64,000 nucleotides of DNA from Vicugna vicugna (taxonomy: Eukaryota), in NCBI GenBank assembly GCA_013265495.1, contig MU058206.1, positions 374,001 to 438,000 on the forward strand, written 5' to 3'. Position numbers and translations under genes: made by a program. Under the pieces are notes generated by a model. The model was not told where the DNA came from. It made no database searches and was given only the letters and a program-made list of their open reading frames with translations. Positions 61,950 through 64,000 of the stretch are shown here, piece by piece; the first letter of the stretch is position 1; each line of letters opens with the position of its first letter.

Positions 61950-64000
61950 AACATGAGAATGATGACAATACAATACCAATGACGTCACCAGGGAAAACCG
62001 GGTAAATAGACTGTGTCAATTTAAGGACAGATGGAAAGACACATACAGCTGGACTGGGGAGGTAAATAACCAAAACTGTGCCATATGCAGAAAAGAATTT
62101 GGGCTTGAAGAAGCCCACGATGAAGGAAGGGCTGGGAAACATGTACGGAGACTCACATGTACAGAATCTCACACATTCGGGATGAGACAGGCAAGGAATT
62201 CCAAATGAATCAGAAGTTTTTCATCTCCCCGAAGACAGCAGTTCTCGGTCACAAATAGTGGCTCGGGCATTCCACACAAATGAGCAGGCACTGTCGTTGA
62301 GAAATGTTGTTCCCTGGGTAGCTCTGTGGAACTGATTGAAGTCACATTTCCTGATTCAGAGGGTGCAACTAAAATGTCCTGCGGGAGAGCAAAAGGGCAA
62401 GTTTTGGTAACACATGTCTTGGCCTCTGACAGTGGAGACCTGATTTTGTCAGATCTCACCACTATCACGCCGATTAAGTCCGAATCAATCATGGTAACAT
62501 GGCAACATGGTAACAAAAAGATGTCCCTCCCCTAGATCTTAGGTACTTTGATTCAAAAAACAGAGTTTCAAATGGTCATCTTGATTTCTACGTTGATTCT
62601 AACAAATCCGCAAAAAACACACAACAAAAGGTTGTTGATATCTTACACAAATACAAACTAATCTTGCTCATCTGTCTTGGCTACCCAGCGGACAGGGCAA
62701 ACTTTAGCAAATTCCATTCAGCCAATAAACCACAAAATAGAAAGGACCTTACCTGCTAAGTGGTCCGCACATCTTATGCACAGTGCTGCTAAGAAGGGTG
62801 TGATTTATTTATGTTATAATACTGTTTTCATAATGAATGTTTTCAGTCACTTTTCAGTTTCCTCCAAATGTGCAGAAGCACTTAATGAGTTTATTGACCT
62901 TATATAAAGGAGGTGGCTTCCTTAGACATGGGCCTGGGACAGCTATCAGTGTCACTGTCCACGGCAGAGATGTTAGAATGATGACCTGCTGTAAAATCAC
63001 ATATTTAAAGGGTGAGATAAAAAGAATGTACTTCTTTAATTTGCAAGCACAATAAAGCTGAGAATGGAAAAAGGGATGACAAACAAATTTATTTGCAATT
63101 TCCCGAAAACTGCTTGACAGCCTTTGGAGAGACCATAAGGAGCCTAGAAAAGGATGAACCAACTGCATCTGAGTTGTTCATTCATGTGAAGGTTGTGACA
63201 AAAACTCATATAGAAAAAAAAAACACTTCATACTTTGGAAATAAGACTGCTTCAAGACTTTCTTAATTTCCTTACTAAAACTTGAACTTATTTGAAATCT
63301 GTATTAGTCTGGGTTCTCCAGAGAAACAGAAACAATAGGATATTAGAGAGGTATATAGAGATAGATAGGTAGATAGATTGATTGATTCATTCATTCATTA
63401 TAAGGACTTGGCTCACGTGGTTAAGGCGACTGAGAAGTCCCGTATGTGAAGTCAGCAAGCTGAAGACCCAGGGGAGTTGATGGTATAGCTCCAATCTGAG
63501 TCCTGGGACCTGAGAGCCAGGAGAACAGATGGTGCATCCAGTCCCAGTCTGATAGTCAGGCCTTCCAAGGACTGGATGAGAGCCCCCACATTGCCAAGGG
63601 CAATCTACCAATTCAATGTACTCAATCTACCCATCTCATTCAGACACACCCTCCCAGACACATTCAGAATAATGTTTAACCAAATATCTGGGTACCCAGT
63701 GACCCAATCCAGTTAACACATAAAATTAACCACTGCAGAATCCAACTTTGATTTTGCAAGTTCAGATTACCTCTGTGCTTTGAACTGTTTTCCCTGCGCA
63801 GGAAGTTAAACTTCTGATGACGTCTGAGTATTTTTAAATGGTGGCTAATTTACATACGGATAGTCTAGATGATGAATTCCTAGAAGCAAAAGACCCAACT
63901 GATGAACAGCTGATCTGTGAAAACAAGCCGGTAGATAAAAGTAGATGAACATTTCTCAAGCACCGTAAACTCACTTTCGCAAGTCTACAAGCTGCGGCTG
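61950..64000 (+). mobile_element. Decayed hAT-superfamily DNA transposon (transposase fossil), running off the window end
   Basis: Ordered, frameshifted motifs: CAICRKEF..H (BED-finger-like, ~62077), FPDSEGATKMSCGRAKGQVLVTHVLA (~62350), HGNKKM..LRYFD, AHLMHSAAKKG, VFSHFSVSSKCAEALNEFID..LRH, YL|ESNFDF. Confidence 0.7.
63300..63737 (-). mobile_element. Solo ERVL-type LTR (MLT2-like)
   Basis: TG...CA ends (tgtattagtctgggttctccagagaaacag ... acataaaattaaccactgca) with a 5-bp duplication aaatc (63295-63299) / gaatc (63738-63742). Confidence 0.85.

Overview
Mammalian genomic DNA containing the complete, convergently transcribed DLX4 (+ strand; CDS 23058-23322, 26710-26906, 27312-27554; 234 aa) and DLX3 (- strand; CDS 48333-48009, 46971-46781, 45092-44745; 287 aa) homeobox pair. 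Both genes have intact GT-AG junctions, CpG-island promoters and candidate poly(A) signals. The ~15 kb between their 3' ends holds several TAAT/ATTA-dense candidate enhancers. Three tRNA-Ala-derived SINEs of the camelid (vic-1-like) type suggest camel, alpaca or llama (inference). The flanks carry MIR, L2 and L1 fragments, a Tigger1-derived element, and a dense repeat nest at 55-64 kb that includes a decayed hAT transposase split by an ERVL-type LTR. I found no new protein-coding system; the other ORF-track entries are antisense, GC-rich or repeat-derived noise. The most notable observations are: a 202-bp near-exact local copy of an L1 segment inserted into a SINE; an L1 whose target-site duplication copies a Tigger terminal repeat; two retro-insertions at the same site; a near-perfect 217/212-bp tandem duplication; convergent CTCF motifs bracketing the cluster; and a strong-Kozak mini-uORF plus a possible alternative N-terminus in DLX4. 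Repeat family names and cross-species comparisons come from recalled consensus sequences, not searches.
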